Shown one piece after another: positions 34,489 through 47,474 of a stretch of DNA of 64,000 bases. Made by a program: the position numbers and the translations under genes. Position 1 is the first letter of the stretch. Every line of letters starts with the position of its first letter. Below the pieces are notes generated by a model. That model was given only the letters and a program-made list of their open reading frames with translations. It was not told the origin of the DNA and made no database searches. The stretch is from Monocercomonoides exilis PA203 (Eukaryota; Protista; Preaxostyla): assembly GCA_001643675.2 (NCBI GenBank), contig LSRY02000014.1, positions 310,001 through 374,000 of the forward strand, written 5' to 3'.

Positions 34489-37250
34489 ATGACATTGACA
34501 AGCCAAACTAATTGCATTGATTTCAACGAAAAGATTGGTGCGACTGGGATCGAAAATGATCCTTTATCGTTTATTGTTTTGCCTGATAGCATAACTCATT
34601 TGCATTTATATGTAGATGAAGACAGCCATTCGTCAAAAATGACAATTTCGGACAAGAATGGGAATCACATTCTGAATGACTCTTTCATCAAATTGAACTC
34701 TTCCAAATCCTTAGTGCATGTTAATAATGCACTGAAAGAAGCGTCCAAGCTTATTTCAGAAGAAAGAAACACTGAATTGGCAAATGAATTATATTCAAAG
34801 CAGAAAGAAATATGGAATCGTCATACATCCACGTTTTTTTGCAAGATTGAAAATGAGAAAAAATCAAAAGAATTAGATAATATGAATAATCGTAATGAAG
34901 CTATTATAGGGAAAGGAAAAGTTCCAAATATTCTTCCTGAAAAGGAACTGAATAGAAAATTTGAAACAAACAATGAAAGAAGAAAAAGCTGTGAAGAAGA
35001 AAAACTTAGAAAAAGCGAAGATAAGGATGAAATTAGAGGATTATTTGATGAATACAGTTTTAAAGACAAACGTGAAAGCTCAATATTGAGAGATCAATTT
35101 TGTCAGCCTGCCTTGAAGGAAATCACAAAAGAAAAGCAAACCACTGAAATGGATAAAGTTAAAGATAGAATTATTTATAGCACATCAGTTTTATCTCCAT
35201 CACAACAAAGCGCCTCCTCAAACAAAGAGACATTAATCGCGGCTCGTTTTCCAGCAACAAAAATGCAACAAAATGGATCAGAGGCATATTCTGCTGCAAT
35301 TTTGGTATCCTCATCGTCTGCATTCGCAAAACCTTCATCTGAAAACTCTTTGCCTTCTTTATGGAAATCATCTGCTTCAACAGACAATGTTTTTTCTCCA
35401 AATTTTAAGCCAAACACATCAACTGCCCAGGAAATTCCACAAACTGCCATGTCATCCTTTGGAAGTGGAGAGAATCCTCTTTTGCAAGCATCCAAGCAAA
35501 TGACAAGCAGAAAACTATCTTCTTCCAGACCTGTTTCACCACCGTCTCGCATCTCTTTCACTCCTCCACCTGTCATCTCCTCTGCACTCCAAATTGCTTC
35601 TCAAGATCAGTTTCCGCTGTCCAATCAGCCAACTTCTACGAGCACAGCTCCTTCCTTCTCCAGTTTTGACTCGACTCCTCACAATTTGTCTTCTAATAAT
35701 AGCAGCGACTCTTTTTATGCTCAGACATTTCCGAAGCAACGCCGGATTTCGTTTTCTCCACCGCCTTCATTTCCTTTCACCGAAAAATTGGCATCTTCCA
35801 CATTACCCACTTCATCTTCTCTTTTGTCTTCATCGTTTCGGTACAAGAGATGCCCTTCTCCCGCCTGCGAGCTTCATTCATCATCATTTCAGACCTCTTC
35901 TTTGAACAATACATCTCCTTTTTCAAACATCTCCCTCCCTTCTGCTCCACAAAGACCTTCCTCAACTTCATTGTCCTCTCCTCCTGCTAAATCAAACACA
36001 GACATTTCTCGCTCGCCTTCTCCTTCTTTTTCTCCGCCTCCTCATTCGCCTTCACCTCCTCCATTGCCATCTGCTCTGTCTTCTTCTACCACTCCTCCAC
36101 TGTCTCCGCTACTGTCTCCTCCGCCTCCCTCTCCTCCTTTTGCTGCTCAAAACAGCATTCTTTTCGAGCCTCCTCCTTCTTTGCCACACGAGCAGTCTGA
36201 AAAGCATTCGCTTTCGCTGTATTCTATTCCTCCTCCTCCTCCCTCGTTTTCAGTTGTTGCTTCTGGAGATTCAAAGAAGGAAATTGACCAAAAAAGTTTG
36301 AGCTCATTTCAATCAACTTCTTCTTCCTCTTCTTCTTTTGCTGCTTCCACTGTTTCCGATTCAGCAAAAGCGCCGTCTTCAGCAAAGGTTCATTTGACTC
36401 TTTCGCCTTTGGCTGTTCCTCCTCCTTCGGCGACTCTGAACAGCCAGCCAAAACGCACTTCTTTTTCTCCGCCTCCGCAGATCATTCCGCTGCCAACTGT
36501 TGTTCCTGCTCTCGAGTCTCCTTCTTTGGTCTCTTCATCTTCGACCCCTGCTTCTTCAAATAGAGAAATAGAAAGTTCAGAATTGCTGACTTCTGCAAAA
36601 ACAAGTTCTTCTCCATCCTTTTTGTCTTCTCGTCCGTCTGCTTTGACAAGTTTGCAAATTGGAAGTGACAATGAATATGTCTTACAATCGACAAATCGAT
36701 ACACTTTTTCTCAGCCAAGTTCTTTTTCATCGTTAACTGCACCACCTGGTTTAGCAGGAACTTCAACTCCAATCAGACATTCAATTCAACCTGCTTCTTT
36801 CTTACCTCCTCCAAAAGCTACAAATGCTGTTGATTCTTCTACTCCTCCTTCAAACTCTTCTCTGTCTGTTTTTTCCTCTCCGTCAAAAGACTCTTCTTTG
36901 GAATCTGCCTCGGCTCAATCTAATTCTATTCACTCGTTCAATTCACCTCCAGTTGCAGCTCCGCCTTCTTCGGAAAAGACTCCGCCGCTGCAAATGCCTG
37001 AGAAGCTTCAGCCTTATCGCTCATTCTTCGCATCACGCCCTGAGACAGCAGAGTGTGCTGACAAAGCTGTTATTCTGATGCTTGAAATGGCAGAAATGGG
37101 AATTAGCACAGAAAAGGTTTGATTTATTTTGCTTGTGTATTTTTTTTAACTGTTGTAAATTGAATATTTCAGATTATTCCGGCAATTCTAAAAGCAAAAT
37201 CCGACAAAAACGTTGCTCTAAGCATTGCACGCGGAGATTACAAAGATTAA
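34489..37250 (+). CDS. Ser/Pro-rich protein with C-terminal UBA-like domain; exons 34489-37116 and 37173-37250
   Basis: 877-aa ORF; GT-AG intron 37117-37172 gives MLEMAEMGISTEKIIPAILKAKSDKNVALSIARGDYKD*, with a UBA-type EMG motif and helix pattern. Confidence 0.65.
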
Positions 37251-37804
37251 ACTAATATTATGCTTTTAATTCTGTTTATTCTTAAAATTATTTTTTATTG
37301 ACTTTTGAGGATTTTAAAAATCGATAGTTATGTTTTTTACATTTTTCCTTTTATTTTTGAAATTTTAATTTTCTACATTAGAGAAAATTTTTCATTTTAT
37401 AAACACAACAAAATTGTTTCTTTTCTTTCTTTAATTTTTTGTGGTATTTTAATATTCTTTAATTGCTGTATTCTGGCTTAAGAACGATAAAAATCATAAC
37501 AAAAATATAAAAATTCGTGTAAACTGACGACAAGATTAAAAAACCCTGGAAATGTGCCAGAAGAAGCTCTGAGCCTCAAATACTCAAAATAAAAAAGTTA
37601 CAGAAATAGACTTCAAGCCAACATTTCTTCCAAGAAGACTTAAAAAATATCTAATAAATATATATGCGCTGATTCTAAAATGAAAACAAATAATTCGAAA
37701 TTTTATAACATTAAAGTACTTAAACTTCTGTTCAATCAATCAAACAAACAAACAAACAAAAATTACTCAAAACTCTTTTAAAAAATACTTTAATAAAATT
37801 TCAA

Positions 37805-40800
37805 TCACATTAGTGAAGAGAACGAAGAAGTTAGCAAGTCGCCAAATTCGACATCAAAGAAATCGGGATTGAAGTCGGCTGAAGGAGAGGCAGATCCTCT
37901 TTCGTCAAATTCGTCAAATGGAGTGGACATCTGATAAGGCTGAGTCTCAGAATCTACCGACATCATCCGCAGCTGGCTTTGAGAGAGAGAAGAAGATTGT
38001 TGGAACTGTTGAGAAGGGAACTGAGAAGCTGAGTGTATGGAAGGTGCATACGATAAAGCATTTGAGAAAGACGAGGTGCTTGAAGATGCAGAGGGAAAGG
38101 AAAAATTTTCCAGTCTGCGACTTTCTGATCTGCTATTTGCTTCATTCTCGTATCCTTCTTCAAAGGAGCCTTGCTCATCGCGAGGATTTTCATAACCTTC
38201 TGATTCATATGGGATCAGAGAATAAGAATAGGAAGCATTGTCAGCGGGAATATACGATAAAGGCATTCCAGCAGTGTTTTGCTGCTGTGCAGGTGCATCA
38301 AACATTTGATAAGCAGAAAGCGGAGGCTGAGTTTGAGAGGCCCCAGTGCTTTGTTGATAACCCATTTGAGTGCGAAACAATTTTGGTACTTGCAGAGGCA
38401 CCGGAGGAACATTTGCGGGAATTGAATGAGCTGACAGAGAGGCAGCAGAAGCGATTGAAGGATGAATGTTAGATGGAAAAGAATCAGATTGATTTAAACC
38501 GAAAGATGGCTGACTTTTCGAAAATGATTGAGGGGTTGATTTTTGTTCCAATTGTGAATTTATTTCAGATGCAGGTGAAACAGCAGGCGAGGTTGATGTT
38601 GAAGTTGAAGGTTGAGTTGAATGAAGAACATTTGACTTTTGAAGTTCTTTTGTATGTGAAATCAAGAAAGGTGTGAAAGGTGATGGGGTAAAGGCATTTT
38701 GCGAAAACGATGAAGATGGTCCATTCTTTTGGAGTGTATTATGAGCTGGAAAATCAGGTAGACTTTTAAACTGACTGCTGCTCGACAGAAAAGAAGCATT
38801 AAGATTTGGTGTTGGATATCCGTACATATTCTGGAATGAAAACGGAGACATAGCAGTTGCAATAGATGGGTAGTTAAATGATTCTGCTTTGTCTGTCTTT
38901 TTTCTTGATGCCTTTTTTGATTTTTTGCCTTCACAAGAAGAATTATTTGTTTCGCTTGATGATGATTCTTCACCATTTTGTTGATCATCGGATTCGTCCT
39001 CATCAACTTTTCTTCGTTTCTTATTTACTCTCTTTTCTGAGTACTTCTTCAGCAATTCTCTCAATATCTTCCTCTTCTTCTTTCGCTTCTCTTTTTCCAT
39101 CTCCTCCTTTTCAAATTGCTCATCTTTTTGAAATTCACTATCTTCATCGTCTTCATCAATGCCAGTCAAAGCATCTGCCATTCCTGCCCTCCTATCTTTC
39201 TGATTATCGTCTTCATCTTCCAGCAGTTTCAATATCTCTTCTTCATCACTGTCAAGTCTGAAATCTGAATCTTCTGTCCGACTTTTCTCTTTCTCTTTCT
39301 TTCTCAGTCTCCTGTTGCTCTGCTTTATTCGCAAAATCACAGCTTCCTCGTCTTCCGTTGCATCTTCATCATCATATGGATTTGCCACAGCCGCAACTTC
39401 TTCTCCAACTTCATGCTCTCTGGTATTTTCTCCTTCAGAATTGCTAACTTGATGGCTTGGTTCTGATGAACTTTCATTTAATGTTTGCTGTTCACCTTTA
39501 GTTTGGTTTCCTTCGATTGAATTGGATGCTGAAAACCCGTTTAATGATGACGAAGGAATTGAATCTTTTAGCGTCGTTGGAGTCGACTGTGTGTTTTTCT
39601 GATTTCGCATTAAACTTGCAAAATGAAGAGATGACTCTTCAATCGATCTAGGCAATGTAATCAATGATGCAGAAAATGAACTTGAAGCTGGAGATGGAGG
39701 AAGATGCGAATAACTTTTTTGGGAAAGAAAATTGTTCCTATTAAAGAAAGGAGAATTAGGTGCATTTGCAAACTTCCCATCATTTGACAAGCTGAAAGAC
39801 GCCTTTTGCTCATTTGATTCATTACGCTCCATTCGTTCGTTTCTTTCGATGTTTCTTTTTGGCCCTCTTGCAGGAAATGGGCTTTCTTCCATCACATTCA
39901 GTTTTCCTGTGTGTATCGCAACAATATCGCCTGGCTTCATCACTTCTTCTAATGGCACTTCAGCAGGCACATTTTTGATAACTAATGAGATGTGCTTGTA
40001 GTGATCCAAGTAAAACCTGACAGTGTTCACAAACTTCTGTGAAAGAAGAGAATGAAGAGGAATTGAAGCAAATGGAAGATTGAAAACGCTTTTTTCATCA
40101 CATTCACTGTGTTCGTTCACGCAATTCTTCATTTCTTTCTCTATTTCGTTTTCTTCATCTTCGTAGTCAGATAAGAACTCTTTCCAAAATTCAATTGCAT
40201 TTTCGAAAGATGGACGAATTGCTTGATCTGAACCAAAATGATTCATCAGCTGAGTAATCACAAAAAATGCTTGAAAAGAAGATCGCAATAAAGAATGTGA
40301 TTTTACAAGAAACACGTTTTGGTCAGAGCAAGAGGTTTGCTGTCCATCTTTCTGATCATCCACGTTATGATCAATATCTTGACTTTCCTTGGAATCAATC
40401 TTTAACTTGTTAGAAGCGTCTTTCTGCTCACTTTTCGTATTTCCTTGTTTACGTCTTGTCAAAAGATACCGGAAAACATAAGCAGGGAAGAGAATTGAAA
40501 AGAAATGAACAGGACCCGTTGCAAAGGATAGAATGCCCGTCTGCCTAAGCTTCTTAAGTACAAGCCGAACAACATCAACAGCAGTAACAAGTGCAGCACT
40601 GTATGCATTCACCAATGGAAAGATGACTGAGGAAAATGCAAGACTAGACAAAAGAAACACATTGACTACTAATTTGGGAGAAGGTGCAGTAATCGATTTT
40701 GAAGAAAAGGAAGGCGGAAGCGGAAGATTTTCAGTTGCATCAGAACCTTTGTCAAGATACTGCGTCATTTCAGACAGAAACGAAGAAAATCCAGTGCGAA

Positions 40801-43800
40801 TGAGAGTTGAAAGTGGTGGAAGTTCTATATTTTGAGAATTCGAACTTGAACTTGATGTTGCAGAACTTTCAATTGTGGATATTTTAATTGGATCTTCCGT
40901 TAAAAGTGATTCCGATGATGGAGTTGATGATGACGACTTATTCTTCGTTGGATTAGCATTTATAGATACTGTGTCAGAATTCTCATCTTTTAAATATGAT
41001 AAATGAGTTGAAGCGCTTTCTTTTACATTGTCATCTTCTTTCTTTGCAGAAACCGTAGAACTCTTCTCCTTTGATTCATTTCCAGTTTTTGAATCTTTCG
41101 TTTCTTCTTCTTTATGTTGCTGTTTTTGTTCTGCGTTTTTTCGAATTTGAAAGATAATCCTATCCAAAACCGTTTCCAGACCTTTCAAAGCAACAACAGA
41201 AGAAGGCGACCTTCTTTGGTAATTTGTAACGCTATCAAAAGATTTTTGAACAAACTCAACTGCGCTTGCAGGAGCTGATGGATGAGTTTGTCTCCATTTT
41301 GAAAAGGAAGATAAGTTAATTGGTATGATTGTCCCTGTACTGCCTAGCTCATTTGAAACAACATCTTCCATTTCTTGAGCATCTTCACCTATTGAAATCG
41401 TTGTTTCATCAGAGTTCTTAGCTGATGAAGGAGAATCAGAAGAAAATTCATTTGCGGAGGAATTAGAAACATCAAATTTTCCAGTGAAAATCTCTGGCTG
41501 TTCTATCAAAAAAGAAGCTTCATACATTTCATCATCAAAAGGTATGAAGCAACCACAATCGCATGTGAACCCTTTTTGCTTAGATTTCTGAGAAGAATCG
41601 AAATTGTTATCTTTTCGTTGATAATTTTCAGTTGTTTTTCTTTCATCAAAGTTTGCTGTAGAATCAGTTGCCACGACAGTAGATGATGCATTTGCTTTTG
41701 CAGAGGGTTCTGTTGAATTGATTGAGTTAACTTTTTCAACTTCATTATCCATTTTTTCCACTTTGGGGGAATTGCTCATGTTTTCTGTATGGGAATCAGC
41801 ATTAATCGAAAAAATATCATTTTGATCGTTTGAATCAGGAAATATATCTTCAAACAAACAGATTTCAGCTGTCACTTTTTTACCAACAGGTATTTTTGGA
41901 TCTTTGCAATAAAGAGAAGAAAGAGGATTAAAGCGCAGAGATGTTGACGTTTTTATTGTTTGTTCTTTTTCATGATTACAAGAAGCTCCATCAATAGATT
42001 TTTCTGTCTCATTCTCTGTCTCTGAATCTGAAACACAAGAAATAATGTCAGTATCGCAATCGCTATCTGGTGTATTGTTGATTTTGTCGAGTATTTGCTG
42101 GATAGCATTATATTCCGATCCTTCTTTCATTTTTTCGTTTGAAATCGCATTTTTGAAATCGGCCTCGTCAATTCCTTCGACGTTATCGGCCAAACAAAGT
42201 AAAGTTTGAGTCTTTTTCGCTCCAAATGAAACTAGCAAATCTTGATAGCGTGAAATTGACCTTATAACAGTCACAAGCTTCAGTTTCGAGAAAGTGAACA
42301 AGTCAGATGGGAAATATTCGTACTGACGCGGTAAAATTGATGTGGTTAAAGATTTGGAATACATTTGTCTTTGAGTTTGAGCGGATGATGATTGTGCAGT
42401 TAAGGAATGATGAATGTGTTGCCCAAAAAAATCGGGATGTGCATGGTGATGAATAGGAGGTGAATGAATATGTTCAATCGGAGTTCCAGAATCTTGTTGA
42501 GATTGTACCGCATTTTGAGTGAGAAAAACCGGAAATTTTAAGTCTTCTTGAAAAGAACGGGTTGCTAATTGCTGATCTTCGCAAATGGTTTTTATTTGCA
42601 TTTCTTTTATTTGATTTTCTGTTCCTTGTTTTTGATTCTTATCAGATTTTGCAGAAGAAGAATCCATTTGTTCGTTCAAATGATCAACATTGGAAAATGA
42701 TTCTTCATCGCCTTTAACACTCTTTTCTGAATTCTGATGATAATCAACGACAGAGCTGGCTTGCTGTTGATCAGACTTTGGATTTTCTTCTTTGCCTTTT
42801 GACTTCGATTCATTTTTACCTCTTTCTTCTCCGGGATTATTCTTATTCTTCTTTTCTCCTTTTGTTATATCATTAAGTGTCCTTCTTCTAATTATTGGCT
42901 TCATCATCAGAAGCAGTAGCGGTGCAAACGACACAAGCATATAATAAGTCGAGTTCAATCCTGAACTCAAAGCAGCTGCTGCGGAAATGTTCGGAGATAA
43001 AGAAAACTTAAACATGCGATACGCTGAAATCATGGCGGAACGAGTCAAATTGTCCATTCTGTATTTGCTAAGAAGTCTCAATGGATTTGATGAAAAAGAA
43101 GGGAGAATTGAAGAACGAGGCTGTAATATTGACGGATTTTCACCATGATTGATTTCAAGAGGTGTTGGTAATGGAAAGAGAACATTTGCTTGAGATAAAT
43201 TGTTCAAATCTTTCACCTTTCTTGATTTCGAACTTTGTGTTCGAGATTGATGCTTACCATCATTTTCATCATTATCCATCGCATCTTCCATGTCAGATGC
43301 TCTTTTGTCAGATGTATCCTCTTCGTTGCAGCTATCTGATTCTTCATAAAAGAAAGAGGAATATTTTTCGTCATTCTTCTCATTTGATGGCTCATCTGTT
43401 TTTAATTTCTCTCTCTCTCTTCGTTCATCACTTGTTTTAAGCATTTCAATTCCAAGTTCAAACTTGCCTTGCTTCAAAGGATTCAAAAATGACTCACTCT
43501 CCTTCACAAACGAATCAGAAAGTTCTGCCAAATCTGTGAATGTGGCAGCATTTGCATCTCTCGTTGCTTCTTTAAGCAAAGAATTGACAGAAATTCCATC
43601 AAGAGTCGAAAAAATTGTTGAGAGGACAGACTGCTTTGAATCAAAGGAAGATAATGTTTGCATTGATGTTGAATTGAATGTGGTAGAAGATTTGCATTCA
43701 AGCGAAGAAAGGCTCGACTCATTTGAAACGCAAGTCACACGTTTCCTTTCTTCGGAATCGAATGTTTTAGTTGCTTCTTCGTGACGAGAGCGCTGGTAAA

Positions 43801-46800
43801 ATAGAGTTGGAAAAAGAGCAGTGAAAAATGAGTCTTTGCTCATATCCTCCAAGCGAATATTGGAATTGTGACTGTCAACTTGATGAGTCGGCTTTCCGTT
43901 AGGAACATAATTTAAAAAATCATTTTTGGTTTTTGAAATCTCATGGTTCTTGGAAGCGTCTTGTTCAGCTGCTCCACTTAAATCCATAATTTTCTCTTGC
44001 TCATTTATCTGCACTCTTCCCTTTGCAATCCCTTCATCCCTCAGAGACGAGAAGCCAATTCGTTCTGGCTTCGTAGATATGTTATATCTTTTTTCTTGAA
44101 GGAGAGCAAATGGAAACCCTTGCTTAAGCTTGTCGTTGTGGATTTTGATACAATGCGCGCATTGAGATTGAGTGATTTGATTTGCCACTTGGAAAAAGAG
44201 GTGTAGACGAGAATTCAGCAGCATAGTCTTCGGAGGCTTTGGATTCGAGAAATTTGTAGGAATAGACGAAATTGAGGTGAACGAAGACAAAGAAGGTGGC
44301 ACATTTGAATTTTGTGGCAAAAATGAATTAGGTTGCTTAACATGAAAAGAATTTTTATCAGATTGCACAGATGATGCTTCTTCTGCTCTATTTTCAGGAA
44401 ATTCAACTGAATGAGAATCAGAACTAAGTGGAGATTTCACATCAATTCCTTCAAAATTCTTCGTTGCTTTCTTCATTTTAGCCAACACACGTTTGTTTTC
44501 GATGTTCATTTTTCTTTTCAGCATTTTTTGGTAAAGAGGATCAGAATGATACAGAGGATATGGAGGATGCTCGTTTTGCCTGAATGAAGAGAAAGTTAAA
44601 TCCGAAGATGAGTGGCGAGAATGTGATCGATCCTGTTCCATCGAATATGATGCATCAGATGGATGCGAAGGGGCATATAATGGCTTCTGCGAAAAAAGAG
44701 ATGGTATGCTCTGTGGAACTGAATAGAAAGTGCATGAAGGATCGTACATATGCTGCAATCTCATCAAACTCGAAGACGGTGATTTGCGATAGAAATTTGG
44801 ATGATGGAATTGCGATGCTTGGTGGAAAGGTGGAATTTGCTCTTGAGGCGTTCCCAAGGCGTCACCTTTGCTGAATAGATTCCTTTGATCATTTTTCTGT
44901 TTATGTAAGAACGAATACTCTCCAACAAATATGTTGCTTCTTTGTTGTACTGCTTGTGCATTATCAGCCATATCTTTTTCACTTATCTGTCCACTTTGAA
45001 TCTGCTTCTGCATTTGCTGCTGCTGTTGTTGCTGGTGCTCCTGCTGCTGTTTCAGCTGCATTTGGTTTTCGATTTCATTTGATATTGATGCAAGCGAGGA
45101 GATGACTTCCACCATTTGAAACGGCTCCTTCTGCGGCCATCGCTGTTGATAACTATCTGTACCAGAAAAGCTGTTGTTTTCATTGATCAGATTTGAAAAA
45201 AGAGAGTCAAACGAAATGTTTGAAGGTGTATGAATAGATGAATTGTCGTGATCAAGCAAGCATTTTGAAGAAGAAGCTGATGACTTTTCATTCGAATTAT
45301 GATTCAGTCTTTTCTTTTCTTCAAAGTCAGCTTTTTTTCCTTTCTCATCATTTTCATTTTCATTTGATTTATTTCCTTCGGTTTCAATTTCTTTTCCTTT
45401 CTCATTTTTCTTTCCGATCCTCATTCTGTCCTTCATCATCTTCAGCCATTCCGGACATCTTTCACGTGAAGGAGAAAGGAACAGCACTCTTTCTGTGGGA
45501 TGAGCAGCAAGCGAATGAATGGGAGAAAAGAGAGAATAAAGATGCATCTCAACAGGAGTAGAGGAAGCAATTATTGACGCAAGGTTTCCAACAGGTGATG
45601 TATTTCGTTTTCGTTTGGAGTGAAAAAAGCGAGCTACAAGAAAAAGCCCTTTAATATATTCAATCAAGAAGCAACCTTCAATCATTGATGTGATTGGTGT
45701 CGAAAGGAACAGCTCGACAGATGCTCGGATCGAAAGCTGTTGAACAAAAGACAGAAATGAGATTGAAGAAAATTGCATTTTTCTGGACGCTTTTGGATTT
45801 GAAGAAGATGAATTATTTACAGATGTTTTTCTTGAAGTTTGATTTTCTGAAGCATCTCTATGTCTTTCTTTTTCTGTAAATTTCTCTTTCTTTTCTGAAT
45901 TTTCCGCAGCTTTATCTTTGATCTCGTTGCCTTCATCCACTTCTTTATCGCCTTCTCTCTCCACTTCGTCCCACAGCTGAAGCCACTCAAGTTTCCTGAG
46001 GATTCGCGCTGCTGATCGCTCGTTTCGCATCACAATTCCCTTCAATCGATCGACGCTTATCGGAAAGTATCCCTGCATTGCTTCAGCTGCTGGATCTGCT
46101 AAGATCGAAGCAATAAGCTTTGCTTGCCTAATACACAGAAGAGCTGTTGCAACGTGACCTACATGCTGAGCCGCCAGAGCTATGATGGCATAGAACTGGA
46201 CGTGCAAGGCATCAAAGTAATGCATCAACAAAGACTCAGCCAGAGTGAAAAAGCGATGAGGCATTCGAGGCAAATGCGGATGTGGTGCAGATGCCCGATG
46301 TTCATGCTTAACAGAAGCTTCCGGCTGAAGATGGGAATCTGAAATGTCTGATTTTTGAGGTGTGACCAACTTGTTCATGAAAGGCTGGCCTATTTGTTCC
46401 GCTCCAGGTGATCCTCTTTCGAAATGATGATGATGTCGATGATGAAGATGATTGAATGATTCCGGGTCACCATCTTTCACAACTGACATCCTTTGATTCC
46501 AAATATCAGCGGCTAATCTTCTTTTAGCATCGTTAATGATTTGCTTCGTTTTAAATGGAAATAATGAAAATAGCGTGAAGTCATCATTGAAAAGTCCATA
46601 GTTTGCGTTCAAAAAGCGTCGGTACACTTCAAGATAAAACAATTTTATCTCTCCAATGCGCAAAAATGGAATTGTGATATCAAACAACCGACCAGGATTT
46701 GGAGTTGGTATAAAATAATTTCTTTGCTGAGCTTGTTCTTGATCGCAAACATGATTCATAGGTTGCTGCTTTTCTTGTTGAATACCAACAACAGTATTTG

Positions 46801-47292
46801 TCGCTGATATGCAATTTGTTGCTGAGTTTACACTTTTTTCCCTTTCATTCGAAAGTGTCAAATCAATATTTGAATTATTATCTGATCCTTTTTGCTCTTT
46901 ATCTGATGATGGTTTGCTTGTCTTTGAACATAAATTAAAAGAAGGCACTGTACAATAATAAAATTAGAACTGGAAAATATCAAAACATCCCAACCTTGCT
47001 TCGAAGGCCCTCGTTTCTTGACTTGAATTGTTCTTGTGCATGGTATTTCTTTTATTATGCAAGACATACACGGATTCTTTCTGAAGCGATAAACATGATA
47101 AATTTAAAACGGGCAAATAATGGAGTGCAATTCAATGATAAATACAAACCCGTCGCATTTTATTTTCCTAATTTTTATGAATTTCATCCATAAAGCTATA
47201 ATTTTAAAAAATATAAAGATATTTGCATACTTTTTACGACAGTAATCGCAAGAGTGTGGTAAGTTAGATTTTCCTGTTGGTGGTTCTTTCAT
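37805..47292 (-). CDS. Zn(II)2Cys6 (GAL4-type) zinc-cluster transcription factor, ~3100 aa; exons 47231-47292, 47150-47167, 46995-47080, 37805-46947
   Basis: Three GT-AG introns splice in frame to give MKEPPTGKSNLPHSCDYCRKKKIKCDGKNPCMSCIIKEIPCTRTIQVKKRGPSKQVPSF..., i.e. C-x2-C-x6-C-x5-C-x2-C-x6-C plus KKRGP, continuing into the 3047-aa ORF. Confidence 0.88.
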
Positions 47293-47474
47293 TAAATACC
47301 ATTTATGTTTTATTTGAATTTATAACGGGTAAGGTTTCTTTCATTTCTTTCTTTTGAAACAGCTATTCATGAAATGTAACTATATAATATTAGAAATCTT
47401 TCTTTTTCATTTAATCATTTGGATCATAATTACCGCAATAAAAGTTAAGAATTATTTATTCTTTAAATTAGTGA
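47293..47474. promoter_or_regulatory. Putative bidirectional promoter (182 bp between divergent ATGs)
   Basis: Inferred only from the head-to-head spacing of the zinc-cluster and TRK genes. Confidence 0.5.
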
